Shown piece after piece: positions 33,243 through 46,150 of a DNA stretch of 64,000 nt. Position numbers and translations under genes: made by a program. Every line of letters starts with the position of its first letter. Positions within the stretch are counted from its first letter, which is position 1. The DNA is from Macrostomum hystrix (taxonomy: Eukaryota; Animalia; Platyhelminthes), in assembly GCA_950097015.1 (NCBI GenBank), contig CATNEN010000010.1, positions 434,001 through 498,000 of the forward strand, in the 5' to 3' direction. The notes beneath the pieces were generated by a model. The model saw only the letters and a program-made list of their open reading frames with translations, ran no database searches and had not been told where the DNA came from.

Positions 33243-35777
33243 CCTCCAAAAGTCTGATGGTATGCACTGCTTACCACGTAGACACACCAACTCCAGTCTG
33301 GCCCAGGCAAGCAAATTAGTGTCTATGGCCAAAAATTTTTATCCGTTCCGGTCGTCATGGTAAGCAGGGCTTACCCAAGCATACTCGTATATTCTCCATA
33401 CAACAATATTTTTCCATTTTTGTATTCAAAGACAGGTTGCAGTACGCTTTAGGATATATCGAATTAGGCTATGTGAAAGGTTAAAATATGCTACATAACA
33501 CTGGTTAAATTCTGCTATATTAGACTGGTTGAGTTATAATAATTATTCTGGCAATAGTTTTTTTAAGCTAATTGAAACTGAAAACGTGTTAAAAACGGTT
33601 GAATTTAATTTAGTCTCGCAACAATTCGATAATACTTGTATTAAGTTTTTAACGCTTGCAGTTAATCAATCGGACTGCAACTAGGCGTGCCATTCTTGAA
33701 AGCAGCCTTCCAGGCACAGACCAGGCGCACCTGGGCACTCCGGGCAGCAGTAGATTGTACGCTTGCTGCTTCCAGCTCGATAGCAGACGCGGCACCGCTT
33801 CGTAGGTCTCAGTTGACTCTCGCGAGCCGTTATTTTTGTTGGAAAGTGCGGGCCGATCAGACCGATTGCCTGGACTGCCAGAGTTACAGCAGCCGGTCGC
33901 TTTCTACTCCCTCCAGTGCACTGCACCAATTCGCGAATGCTGGCCTCCAGAAACTTGGAAAAAACCTTCCGCCCGCCACACCGACAGTACACAATCCAAG
34001 CATTCCGAACCATTTGCAGGAACATGTGCAGACCAAGCTTCAGAAACCACTTCGTGGTTTTTCTGCCAGGTTGATGAGGCTGCATGTGACCATCCATTCG
34101 GTCAACGCCGCCCATGCATCGGTTGTAGGTCAATGCAGATCTGCACTTCTGCACGATGGCTTCTCCTCCACCACGGATGATGCGTCTGACTGGCACTCTG
34201 GAAGCCGCCTCCTTCGTATCCAGTAGGTACAGAGTCTTCAGGCCGCTCTCTTTTCTCTCTACTATTTTAGCTACAAGCACGGAGCCGTTGCGCATGAAGC
34301 CAACATCATTCGGTGGCACATTCGACTGTCTGAGTTCAATCGGCACACCACGATCGGACCGGATAGTGCAGGTCAGATTAGTTCCTCGAGTCAGCAAGTA
34401 CTCAGCGAGCCGATAAGAGCCAAACCACTTGTCAACAAATACTCGATAGCCTTTATGCAGGAGATCTCGGCACAGCTCCACGACAATCTTCTCACTAAAA
34501 GACAGGTGGTTTTCTTGTAGATCTTCGTCGAACCCGCGATTCTCCACCGGGGTTGAGTGGACGCGAAAGTTGTAAAGATACCCCGTCTCGGCTTCACAGG
34601 CGCAGTACAGCTTGATGCCGTACTTGGCGCGCTTCGTTGGGATATACTGCTTGAAGCGCAGGCGCCCCTTGTACAGCACCAGTGACTCGTCGATGCTTAT
34701 ATCCTCCTCCGGCATGTAGACATTCATGCACAACTGTCTAAAGATGTCCAGCAAAGGACGGATCTTAAACAACGGATCGCCCGGAGCCGGACCCTGAGCG
34801 CAATCGTAAAAGCGAAGCAGACCGAGCAGCTGCTTGAAGCGATCCCTGATGAGCGCTTCAGGGATTTGAAAGAATGGAGTCGAATAGTAGCTGTCCATGC
34901 ACCAGTACTGGTTCATCTCGGCCTTCTTGTTGCTGCCCATGTAGAGGTACATCCCGATTACCTTCTTTACTTCATTCTTGCTACAATCGATCCATTTCTG
35001 ATAACTCACAGGGAGGTCCTCAGCAGGCGTTGAATGGATTACGGCCTCGGCTCTTCGGTTAGTCCATTTAGCTAAATCGTCAAACAAAGCGTCGGGTAGA
35101 AAGAGGCCAAGAAAAAATGAAGTGGATTGCTCAACATTAACGGGAACTTCGATTCCAGGATTAAGGCCAGGTGTGCCAAGAAACTCTGTTTCACTATCAG
35201 AGACGTCAATCTCAGCGATAGCAGGACGTCATGGCATCTCGTCGGTCGGTTCTTCATCACCTGTCTCCATGACATCAGACGCCTCATCCAAGACAATCGA
35301 TTCCTCATCATCCGACGTCATTAGCTCTTCCATTTGCATATTTAGTTTTAGAGTTATTAAAAAAATCGCTGCTGTCTAATGAACTGTGGTTGATGCTAGC
35401 CTGGCAAGATTGAGCAACTATTGGTACGCGTAGTACATGGGAAGAAGAACAGTTTCTTAACTTGAAGGCGTAGTGAGACAAAAATCGTGACATACACTAC
35501 ATGTAGTATTTTCGATAGCTAACTACTCTATGGTCAAGACCCCAGACCATAGACGGATTTTACAGTGGTATACTGATGCCATTATGTACATTGGTTAGTA
35601 TACACACATGAAGAAATTTTTCTGCTGCTTTTCTCAAGCCCTCTAGACCCATTCCAAAATTCTAGCAGACTGGAATGTCTAAGCCCTCGGCAAAAGCGAG
35701 AGTAGTCTATGGTAAGCTCTGCGTACCATTCCGACCGGAACGGATATGTTGCACAAACTGGATCAGATCAGAAGAGG
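33243..35777 (-). mobile_element. piggyBac DNA transposon, about 2.5 kb
   Basis: TTAA at 33239-33242 and 35778-35781; imperfect terminal IR CCTC-N6-TCTGAT; subterminal IR TATCCGTTCCGGTCG..ATGGTA.GCAG.GCTTACC at about 33340-33376 and 35711-35746; internal transposase. Confidence 0.88.
33681..35339 (-). pseudogene. piggyBac (PGBD4-like) transposase, 552 codons with one in-frame TGA at codon 37
   Basis: ATG at 35339; TGA at 35229-35231 (CCA TGA CGT); catalytic ISIDES, VFVDKWF, GGVDRMD; C-terminal Cys-rich domain CRVC...CCPEC...C...CF..WH. Confidence 0.88.
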
Positions 35778-37585
35778 TTAAAATATTCTTTAGCAAAAAT
35801 ATTGAACAAACACCTTTGCACACAAAAAAATAATTTCCTCACTGAATTACATTTCATCAATGGCCTACATTGAAGAATTTAAACATATAATTATCTTACT
35901 CATATAGAGGATAGTTTGCCAATGCCAACTATAGAACTTAACAATAGGAATAAAAACTCCGGGCTATAGAATTACACATATATTAGACAAAAAACTTCAC
36001 TTTATTTCTTCAATTTCCTGGCTGTTAGGAAAGTAAATTTGATAGTTTTTAACCATTTATTTAAGATCTGAATAAAAAACTTCAGGGGTAATATGTGACA
36101 TTTGATAAAAACTTTAGTGAACCTAAGGCTATATAAATAAAGACATACTATACTGTGTCAATTGTCACTTAAACTTAAAAGCAAAAATAGTATTGGGTTT
36201 TAGCCTTAAGAACCATTTGAATTTATATTTATGAAACCAGATATCTAATAAATAGCTAGGCCTACCTATAACATTTTTAAAATTGATTGTTTAGTGAACA
36301 CTAGTGTACAGGAAAAGGTTGAGGAAAGTGAATAAACCCACTACCACGGTTAAGCATTTTTAGTTGTCATCGAAAAAGTTAACGGCTGCATTGATAGCTT
36401 CGCATAAATAAAAAATTCAAAGAAACAACACTTACTGAAGTAGCTAAATATCGCCCTTCAACATCTTATAGTCAAGAACTTGAAATTAAGTCTAGATGTC
36501 TAGCAATGTACGAGTGTTTAACATGTCAACTTCTGAGTAAGTTTGATTTTCTAACATATCAACCCAGGATTTTTCTAAAAGTGAGCCATTATATATATTT
36601 AGAAAAAAGATTCATTAAGACGATTGGCTGCCTTGACTTGACTTAACAGATATTAGTTGAGACGTGATAGAAATATAAACGTGCTTATTAAAAAATAAAT
36701 ATCCATACTTGTAATTAACTTATTTTAAGAATTTTAGCCAGCATACAACCACCATTTAGTAAACAATTTTACCTATGAATCAACATGCATGCTGCACGCT
36801 TCCTTATGTCTTCCGATTTCTTGGTCGATTCTAATTTTTGAAAGTTTATGCAGATTATAACTAATTCACATTAATTTACTTTGCCAAATTTCAATTTACA
36901 AGCATCTTAACTGTGGCACAATAAAAAAAGTAAGGAAAATAATTTGGCCATAAGAACGCAGCATATTGGTACTTATATTTCACTTAAAAAATAACTAGAT
37001 TATTTAATATTTTTCTGCCAATAGAAAGAAAAAAACTCACGCGCCGAAGGAAAGTGCATGAGTACAAGCCCCATAGTGTGCGAGAAATTCTGTGCGAGTG
37101 TGCGAGTATTTTCTACACGTAATTCTAGGTACTCAATGTTTGTATGTGCTCACTAAATCCCTGTTTAAGGTTAAGCTTCCTTCATCTTAATGGAATTGCT
37201 AAAATTGATCTGAGATCGGCAAAAGACCAGCAACGCAGCTGGTGATTAATTAATTTTTACGGATGAGGTTCGTCTGCCATGTAGCAAACCAAGAGATTGC
37301 ACCATAATGGCTAGCACTCTGAAATGAGACGGCTAGTGAATTATCCACATACTGAAATTGGAGAAGAGCCACTCCACCAGATTCATGGCAGCGATTTAGC
37401 ATGGCCTTGTACAGATATAGAGCTTAAAGGGTCTGGCATTCATTGAAGCTGCCTGCCCTGCTGTGATTTCGATGTCCGTCACTTCACCTGAGTGAGTTCT
37501 GTGGCTTAGGGAAAATTATTCAAATCTGTCCCCAATCCGTGCTGGATGGGCTGTGAGCGAATTCATTATTCAATCCCAGACTTAC

Positions 37586-38600
37586 TGCTACTGCACACTG
37601 CACTAATATGGGTGATGATGCTGAAGTGCACACAGAAATAGAAAAATAACGAGTGCCTGTCTGACCAATGCGCTCCTGCAAAGTTAACGGTGCTAAACAT
37701 TCGATTCCTCACTTTATAACCCTGCTACACTGCATTCCCTGATCCTTCAGAGCATCCCCAACCTTTCAGACCAACCCTTCAGAGCATCCCTGAATGTACA
37801 CTTAGTAAACTCACCATCTCGATCAGCACCATTCTTTGATCATCGTCCGCGCAGCCAACAATGTCCGACATGGGGATGTCGTTGATTGAGAAGACTTCAT
37901 CAAAGCAGCCTTCAATGTAATCGTTGCTGACTCCTGAATGTACGGGATGGACGAAATCAAATAGGAGCATTTTATCCCCCATAAAAATCGATTCTGTAAC
38001 ACTTCGCTTGTCTAGACCCGAACTCAAATAGACATGGACTCATAGACATGGACTCATAGACATGGTCTCAGAGACATGGACTCATAGACATGGACTCATA
38101 GACATGGACTCATAGACATGGACTCATAGACATGGACTCATAGACATGGACTCATAGACATGGACTCATAGACATGGTCTCATAGACATGGTCTCATAGA
38201 CATGGACTCATAGACATGGTCTCAGAGACATGGACTCAGAGACATGGACTCAGAGACTAAGCAGAAGCAGAGTGAACAGGGTGAGCAGTGCTCACCCAGC
38301 AGGCGGCAGCGGTCAGTGACCAGGTCCTGGGCCAGCAAAATCGCGTATCCCGTCAGATCCCGCGCTGCCGAGGCGGCCATGACGACTGGCGGACTCTGGG
38401 GGGTTTTGGTTGGCAGAGATGACGCTCTCACTGATTGTGGCAAGGCAACGGGGATTTGGGATCTGTCTGAAAGCTGCTCACTCTCGCCCTGCCAAGAAGA
38501 AGCGGCTAAGATAAGCTGGAAGCCCGGAGCGGAGGCCAGAGCAGCTCTGACTGGCTGGCCTGATCCCCTCTGCTCCCGGATCCCCAAATCAGCCATTCGT
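37586..38600 (-). CDS. Candidate internal exons of an unrecognised gene (weakly PTB-like)
   Basis: Three phase-compatible exons: one ending at 38296 (G|GTGAG, phase 1; its 5' end not resolved), 37815-38011 (phase 1 to 0, GTGAG) and 37586-37675 (phase 0, GTAAGT). Joined: ...DRCRLLDKRSVTESIFMGDK...IPMSDIVGCADDDQRMVLIEMERIGQTGTRYFSISVC... Start and end not found. Confidence 0.38.
38033..38255. repeat. 14-bp minisatellite
   Basis: Unit CATAGACATGGACT. Confidence 0.95.
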
Positions 38601-38719
38601 GCGTGCGCGCTGGAGCGAGAAGAAAATGGGATTTGGAAATTGGGGAAATGAGGAAGAGAGCCGCCTGCAACCGCTGTATGACCCGCTGATCCTGCAGATG
38701 GGAGAAAATCCATTCTGTA

Positions 38720-39130
38720 TTGCTGTTCTGGGTGTCTGTCTGTCTGTTCTAGTTGTCTGTCTGTTCTTTTTGACTGTCTGTTCTGAGTGTCTGTTCTGTT
38801 TGTCCGCCTGTCTGTTCTAGTTGTCTGTCTGTTTTGGGTGTCTGTCTGTTCAGGGTGTCTGTCTATTCTGGGTGTCTGTCTGTCTGTTTTGGGTGTCTGT
38901 CTGTTCTGGGTGTCTGTCTGTCTGTTCAGGGTGTCTGTCTGTCTGTCTGTTTTGGGTGTCTGTCTGTTCTGGGTGTCTGTCTGTCTGTTTTGGGTGTCTG
39001 TCTGTTCTGGGTGTCTGTCTGTCTGTTCAGGGTGTCTGTCTGTCTGTCTGTTTTGGGTGTCTTTCTGTTCTGGGTGTCTGTCTGTCTGTTCAGGATGTCT
39101 GTCTGTCGGTTTTGGGTGTCTGTCTGTTCC
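38720..39130. repeat. GTCT-rich compound minisatellite
   Basis: GGGTGTCTGTCTGTCTGTT(C/T) units. Confidence 0.92.
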
Positions 39131-39569
39131 ATGCCAGACAGCCATCCTCAGCTGCCACCCGCCCAGTCCCTTCCCGTCTCTCCAGAATTAACCAGCTGGC
39201 GCAGAACAATGCGGCTCAGGATTAGCGGCCAGTTTGCAGAGGACCAGAGAGGCGGAGGGCGGCGCTGAGAGGTCCTGGTTGAAGCAGCTGTTCTGCCCGC
39301 AGCACTCGCCAGACCCGCAATCAGGACAACCGCTCCGGCCCCACTTGACCCAGCCAGTCCGCTCACAGTTAGCAATGCTTAGCGTTTTATTCAATGCACA
39401 CAGGGCTGATCCGTGCACTCCAGAGCCGTGTGGCCATGAAACTGTGGCCGTGTGGCCGTGGCCGCGATGTTGCCATGCAGAGCGCGATTGATTTACAGCC
39501 ATCACTCATAACAGCATGTGCGAACTCGACTCAACTCAACTGAACTTTTAAATCAATGGGCAGGGCGAT

Positions 39570-39790
39570 GAGAGATGCGACAGGGATATGAGAGATGCGA
39601 CAGGGAGATTAGAGATGCGACAGGGAGATTAGAGATGCGACAGGGAGATTAGAGATGCGACAGGGAGATTAGAGATGCGACAGGGAGATTAGAGAAGCGA
39701 CAGGTAGATTAGAGATACGACAGTGGGATGAGAGATAAGACAGTGAGATGAGAGATGTGGCATGGAGATGAGAGATGCGACAGGTAGAGG
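39570..39790. repeat. 20-bp minisatellite
   Basis: Unit GAGATGCGACAGGGAGATTA. Confidence 0.9.
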
Positions 39791-40899
39791 TTAATAGTGG
39801 GTTCGAAGAGGGATATGAGATACTGGGATAATGATGTAGGACCCTCAGACACACATGCAGTTCATTGGGCCGCAAAACTTGTTCTTACAATTCGATCACG
39901 AGGCTGTTTCAAATTTCATCTGGTCAGCGTCTTGGCAGCTCGCAGAACTCGAGCCGCCGCTGCTCAGCCCCTGCTTCCCATTCCGTCCTCGGGCGGGCTC
40001 GAGTTTCTCCTCTCTTTTTCCCAGTCTGGCAGAAATTTCTTCCCGAAAATCTCCCACTCCTGGTCTGTTAGGGGAACGATAAAGACTAGCGCTCCTCCAC
40101 GGGGATCCGGCCTGATTGCCTGTCACTTCAATTGCCGTGCAGGCTGCGGGGCCGGCTCCTGCCTAATGAAAATGAGATTTGCTGCTGCTGCTGCTGCTGT
40201 TGCCACAATGGACTGTCGAGTGTCTGATCCTGGCAGATTCGTGAGGGAGACTGAGCAACCGGCAAGTTCGGCAGAGTTGGAGTGAGTCCAGGGGCGGGGC
40301 TGGGCTGTGTGGCAGGTCCCACCTGCCCGGGACGGATGGGGAGCACTTCATGCACGCATGCCGGTTCTGCTTCAAACTAGTGAACTGACAGATAAAACTG
40401 AATTTCCACCAGCATCAATAATCAATGGTACGTTTATATGCAACCCAACTTGCTTAAGTCCTATCAAATCACAGCTCAAATCCTTCAATTAAAAATTCCC
40501 AAAAAACGCAAAATCCTCATATTGTTTAATCCCGAGTCGTTAAAATTCTAGCTGACCCAGATTTTCATGCCAGTAGAAGCATGGTTTCTTAACTAACAAA
40601 ATGACAAATTGTGCAAATCACATTCGAGCTGAGCTAGCCAGCGGTGGTCTGTAAGGTCTGTGAGTTAAGCAGTGAGTTGAGTTCAGAGAAGCCGACAGTG
40701 GCCAGGAGCCGCAGGTCCCCCGTCCAGTCATTACCGAGGATGGCCGCTGATTAGCGCCATGCAAATTCAATCAGGCGGGCACAGCTGATTGCACTCAGGG
40801 GACAGCCGATGCCTGCTCGACAGAGACTGAGAGCTGTGCTCAGCCATGAGCTGATCAGAACTGGTCCGAAATTTCATGCTCAGACTGTCACCGCACTGG

Positions 40900-41180
40900 C
40901 AGAGCACTCACTACACTCGCAGGGCACTCGCTACACTCGCAGGGCACTCACTACACTCGCAGGGCACTCACTACACTCACAGGGCACTCGCTACACTCGC
41001 AGGGCACTCGCTACACTCGCAGGGCACTCACTACACTCGCAGGGCACTCACTACACTCGCAGGGCACTCACTACACTCGCAGGGCACTCACTACACTCGC
41101 AGGGCACTCACTACACTCGCAGGGCACTCGCTACACTCGCAGGGCACTCACAACACTCGCAGGGCACTCACAACACTCGC
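40900..41180. repeat. 20-bp minisatellite
   Basis: Unit CGCAGGGCACTCACTACACT. Confidence 0.95.
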
Positions 41181-41996
41181 AATAGATCTTGTGATCTTGT
41201 GACTTGTTTGACCGGACTGGCAGTAGCCGCTGTCTATGGTCCAGCCTGAGCTTGATTTAAAGGTCTCGCGGGAGCCAGGCTGAAATACGCGCGCGAATAT
41301 CCATTGAGATTAGACTCAAGCGGAACAGAAACCAGACAGAAATCAGGCTTTTGCTGCTCTGCATAACTTTCCTGTCTGGTGAGTCCACATGACAGTGATA
41401 ATTCCTTAGCTCAGGATGATAAAACATGTCCATCAAGCTGTCATTCACCCGCCGCACTCTCCAGTGGCTCTGCGGCTCGTCTCCGGCTGCCCGTCGATAC
41501 CCCCGAAGCCCGGCAAGCGAGGCATTCACGAGTTCCCAGACGAAAATCAGATCTAGGCGGGTGTACTTTTACGACTATTTTTAATTCAGTCTATTTTAGC
41601 GCTTGTTACTAAAAATTTTTTTTCGTAAAATATGAAAAGATCTGAAAGCTTTACACACAGAGGGCCATTCTATAAAGCTTGTGCTTTTCTAGTTCAAACT
41701 CTGGGACTGAACACTGCCTAGATAGCTGCTAAACATGAGAGGTGTCTCGAAACGAAAGCTTAATACCAACTATGAACCCCACCGTGCACAATCAACTGTG
41801 GCGAGGCCGGGTCGCGAGGTCGCGCGGAAACCATGAACCATCAAGGCTGACATGGGCTGTAAAATATCTGCTGCCAAAACTGGGGATCAGCTCAGCCCAG
41901 TGCAGCGGAGGGACATCAAACAGAGGAAGCGATCCTCATCAGCACTGTTCATGGGAGCAGAATTTTTCTCAGCTAACTGGGATTTATGATGCTGAT

Positions 41997-43285
41997 ACCG
42001 ACATCCGCACTTAATTCCCACCTGACATCCGCACTCAATTCCCTCCTGACATCCGCACTCAATTCCCTCCTGACATCCGCACTCAATTCCCTCCTGACAT
42101 CCGCACTCAATTCCCACCTGACATCCGCACTCAATTCCCCACCTGACAACCGCACTCAATTCCCACCTGACATCCGCACTCAATTCCCACCTGACATCCG
42201 CACTCAATTCCCTCCTGACATCCGCACTCAATTCCCTCCTGACATCCGCACTCAATTCCCACCTGACATCCGCACTCAATTCCCCACCTGACATCCGCAC
42301 TCAATTCCCACCAGACATCCGCACTCAATTCCCACCTGACATCCGCACTCAATTCCCCACCTGACATCCGCACTCAATTCCCAACTGACATCCGCACTCA
42401 ATTCCCACCTGACATCCGCACTCAATTCACACCTGACATCCGCACTCAATTCACACCTGACATCCGCACTCACTTCCCACCTGACATCCGCACTCAATTC
42501 ACACCTGACATCCGCACTCAATTCACACCTGACATCCGCACTCAATTCACACCTGACATCCGCACTCACTTCCCACCTGACATCCGCACTCAATTCCCAC
42601 CTGACATCCGCACTCAATTCCCACCTGACATCCGCACTCAATTCACACCTGACATCCGCACTCAATTCCCCACCTGACATCCGCACTCAATTCCCACCTG
42701 ACATCCGCACTCAATTCCCACCTGACATCCGCACTCAATTCCCCACCTGACATCCGCACTCAATTCCCTAGCCCTCCTGACATCCGCACTAAATTCCCAC
42801 CTGACATCCGCACTCAATTCCCACCTGACATCCGCACTCAATTCCCACCTGACATCCGCAATCAATTCCCACCTGACATCCGCACTCAATTCCCACCTGA
42901 CATCCGCACTCAATTCCCTAGCCCTCCTGATATCCGCACTAAATTCCCACCTCACATCCGCACTCAATTCCCACCTGACATCCGCACTCAATTCCCACCT
43001 GACATCCGCACTCAATTCCCACCTGACATCCGCACTCAATTCCCACCTGACATCCGCACTCAATTCCCACCTGACATCCGCACTCAATTCCCAACTGACA
43101 TCCGCACTCAATTCCCACCTGACATCCGCACTCACTTCCCACCTGACATCCGCACTCAATTCCCACCTGACATCCGCACTCAATTCCCAACTGACATCCT
43201 CACTCAATTCTCACCTGACATCCGCACTCAATTCCCACCTGACATCCGCACTCAATTCCCAACTGACATCCTCACTCAATTCTCA
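41997..43285. repeat. 24/25-bp minisatellite, about 52 copies
   Basis: Unit TGACATCCGCACTCAATTCCCACC. Confidence 0.96.
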
Positions 43286-43649
43286 CCGAGATTCATTCCA
43301 AACAGTAATTTAATTGGCCTAGTCTGTAAAAATATCGAGCGAAACTTCTGCCTTAAGCTACTGAGGCCCTTTACACCTCAAATAGGCCAACAGAGAAGGC
43401 CATTACGAAATTCACAAAAGCCAAATGTGCTCCCTGATTCAAAGCCAAGGAAAATGAACTCGAGACACAATATCCCATCAGTGACAATGTCAGCGAGCAG
43501 AGCCAGTTAATGCGCAGAGCTAGTCAGTCAGCATTCTTCTTCTTTAAGCCTCTCTAATCCAGGGTGCCTCTTAAAGAATTCCGAAGCGCTGTGGATGGAA
43601 TTCAATTTCCCTGCGGCCAGAGCTCCACCCCGACAGCTCAAACCCGACT

Positions 43650-43885
43650 TACTCACACACACTCACACTCACACGCACACACACTCACCCTCACACTCAC
43701 ACGCACACTCACACTCACACGCACACACACACTCACACTCACACACTCACACGCACACTCACACTCACACGCACACACATACACACACACACACACTCAC
43801 ACACACACTCACACACTCACACTCACACACTCACACACACACTCACACTCACACACACACGCACACACACACTCACACACACACT

Positions 43886-43916
<31 letters not shown>

Positions 43917-43985
43917 AGACACTCACACACACACTCACACTCACACACTCACACGCACACTCACACTCACACACACACTCACCCA
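43650..43985. repeat. Imperfect (CA)n microsatellite
   Basis: Directly visible. Confidence 0.95.
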
Positions 43986-44659
43986 ATCTCTAACTGGGCA
44001 GTAGCAGATTGTCGCACCTGGCCTCTCCTTCCTCGGCCAGATCTGGCAGTTTCCGCCACCCAGAGCTGCAGTCAGCCAGCTGAATGCAGGTGGCAAATCT
44101 AATATGGGAGCCCCCGTCCCCAGCCAGCGCAATCAGGCCATCTCGCACCTGACTTAATTAGCACTCGGGCGGGCAAAGTGACGAGTCTGGTTCTGCTCGA
44201 CAGTTCCAGCAGGCATATTTCTTAGTAAGGAATACTTCATTCGCACTTTTAACATTGAGCCATTGCCGGAAATTTCGGGCAGATCTTCAGCTGTTCAGAG
44301 GAATAAAAAAATTAACTTGCACTATTTTCTGCAGAAGTCAGCACAGTGGGCTGCCATAAAATGGCAATTTGATTAGCAATTCGGAGTCGCAAGATATGAA
44401 AACTGGGATTTTTACATCCGGACTCGATCCCGTCATACAAGGACTGCTCCGCTCTGATCGATTCGGCTCTCTGAACACTTTATAAGCTTAATGGTCAAAT
44501 AGCACTACTTATAAAGTAAAAAGTAATATCATCTATATAAGTAGATTAATAATGATATTGTTCATATAATTATTTTTATTTCTATTTGTGTATTCACCAA
44601 CAGCTCGCTGTAAAATACGCTCTACATCTCAAGATAGCAGAATAAACCAGGTTATTCCA

Positions 44660-45535
44660 GGATGGGTTCCAGTCAGCTGACTGTGTGAGGATGGGTTCCA
44701 GTCAGCTGACTGTGATGAGGATGGGTTCCAGTCAGCTGAATGTGTGAGGATGGGTTCCAGTCAGCTGACTGTGTGTGAGGATGGGTTCCAGTCAGCTGAC
44801 TGTGATGAGGATGGGTTCCAGTCAGCTGAATGTGTGAGGATGGGTTCCAGTCAGCTGACTGTGTATGAGGATGGGTTCCAGTCAGCTGACTGTGTGTGAG
44901 GATGGGTTCCAGTCAGCTGACTGTGTATGAGGATGGGTTCCAGTCAGCTGACTGTGTGTGAGGATGGGTTCCAGTCAGCTGACTGTGATGAGGATGGGTT
45001 CCAGTCAGCTGAATGTGTGAGGATGGGTTCCAGTCAGCTGAATGTGTGAGGATGGGTTCCAGTCAGCTGACTGTGTGTGAGGATGGGTTCCAGTCAGCTG
45101 AATGTGTGAGGATGGGTTCCAGTCAGCTGAATGTGTGAGGATGGGTTCCAGTCAGCTGACTGTGTATGAGGATGGGTTCCAGTCAGCTGAATGTGTGAGG
45201 ATGGGTTCCAGTCAGCTGACTGTGTGTGAGGATGGGTTCCAGTCAGCTGACTGTATGAGGATGGGTTCCAGTCAGCTGACTGTGTGTGAGGATGGGTTCC
45301 AGTCAGCTGACTGTATGAGGATGGGTTCCAGTCAGCTGAATGTGTGAGGATGGGTTCCAGTCAGCTGACTGTGTGTGAGGATGGGTTCCAGTCAGCTGAC
45401 TGTATGAGGATGGGTTCCAGTCAGCTGAATGTGTGAGGATGGGTTCCAGTCAGCTGACTGTGTGTGAGGATGGGTTCCAGTCAGCTGAATGTGTATGAGG
45501 ATGGGTTCCAGTCAGCTGAATGTGTGAGAATGGGT
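44660..45535. repeat. 28-31-bp minisatellite, about 30 copies
   Basis: Core GAGGATGGGTTCCAGTCAGCTGA with a variable (TG)n linker. Confidence 0.96.
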
Positions 45536-45581
45536 TCGGTGTATTCTCAAGAGTTCTGATGTGCATGTTCTTGCACGGCAG

Positions 45582-45712
45582 GCGGGAGCTGCGGGCTGCC
45601 GCCTTCACCGCAGTCTGTGCTCAATGCTGACGCCAAGTGCTGCTCAGGCTACTGTCTGCACAGTTCAAATTCTCTAACAAGTCCGGCCGTAGCCTGTGAG
45701 CAGTGTAGTTAA
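45582..45712 (+). other. Candidate Cys-rich (knottin-like) terminal exon
   Basis: Acceptor TTGCACGGCAG| at 45581. Reads ...KCCSGYCLHSSNSLTSPAVACEQCS* (CC-x3-C core). The upstream signal-peptide exon was not securely found. Confidence 0.3.
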
Positions 45713-46150
45713 ATAGCCAAGCCATAGGCAGGTATTTTTTAGATTTTTCGCAATTCTGAAGAACTCCCGCACATTTAACCACTGCTTGGTCATTTGAAAT
45801 CATTTGAAATAACAAGTGAATATCCGTGCATAAACATTAGTTATAATGTGTCTCGTAAATGCTTCATCTCTTTATCTCTCATGCATCGTTTTGTCGTAAT
45901 TACGTTTTTGGCACCTAATCAAATCCTCTTATGGGATATCCCATTATGCCATGTATAGGATCATTTTCCACTGAATGGCTTCATAAAAATTGAGCCGCAG
46001 AAATTAGAATGAAGGCACAGAAACGCACAGCAGTTGATGTCAAGCCCAGCTGACTGGGCCGGGCACAGAACTTGATGAAAGAGCTTCATGCACAAACTAC
46101 AGGTGAAGAAGTGTACTTCGCATTACACGGAGGGGCAAGCAGGAACCGGG

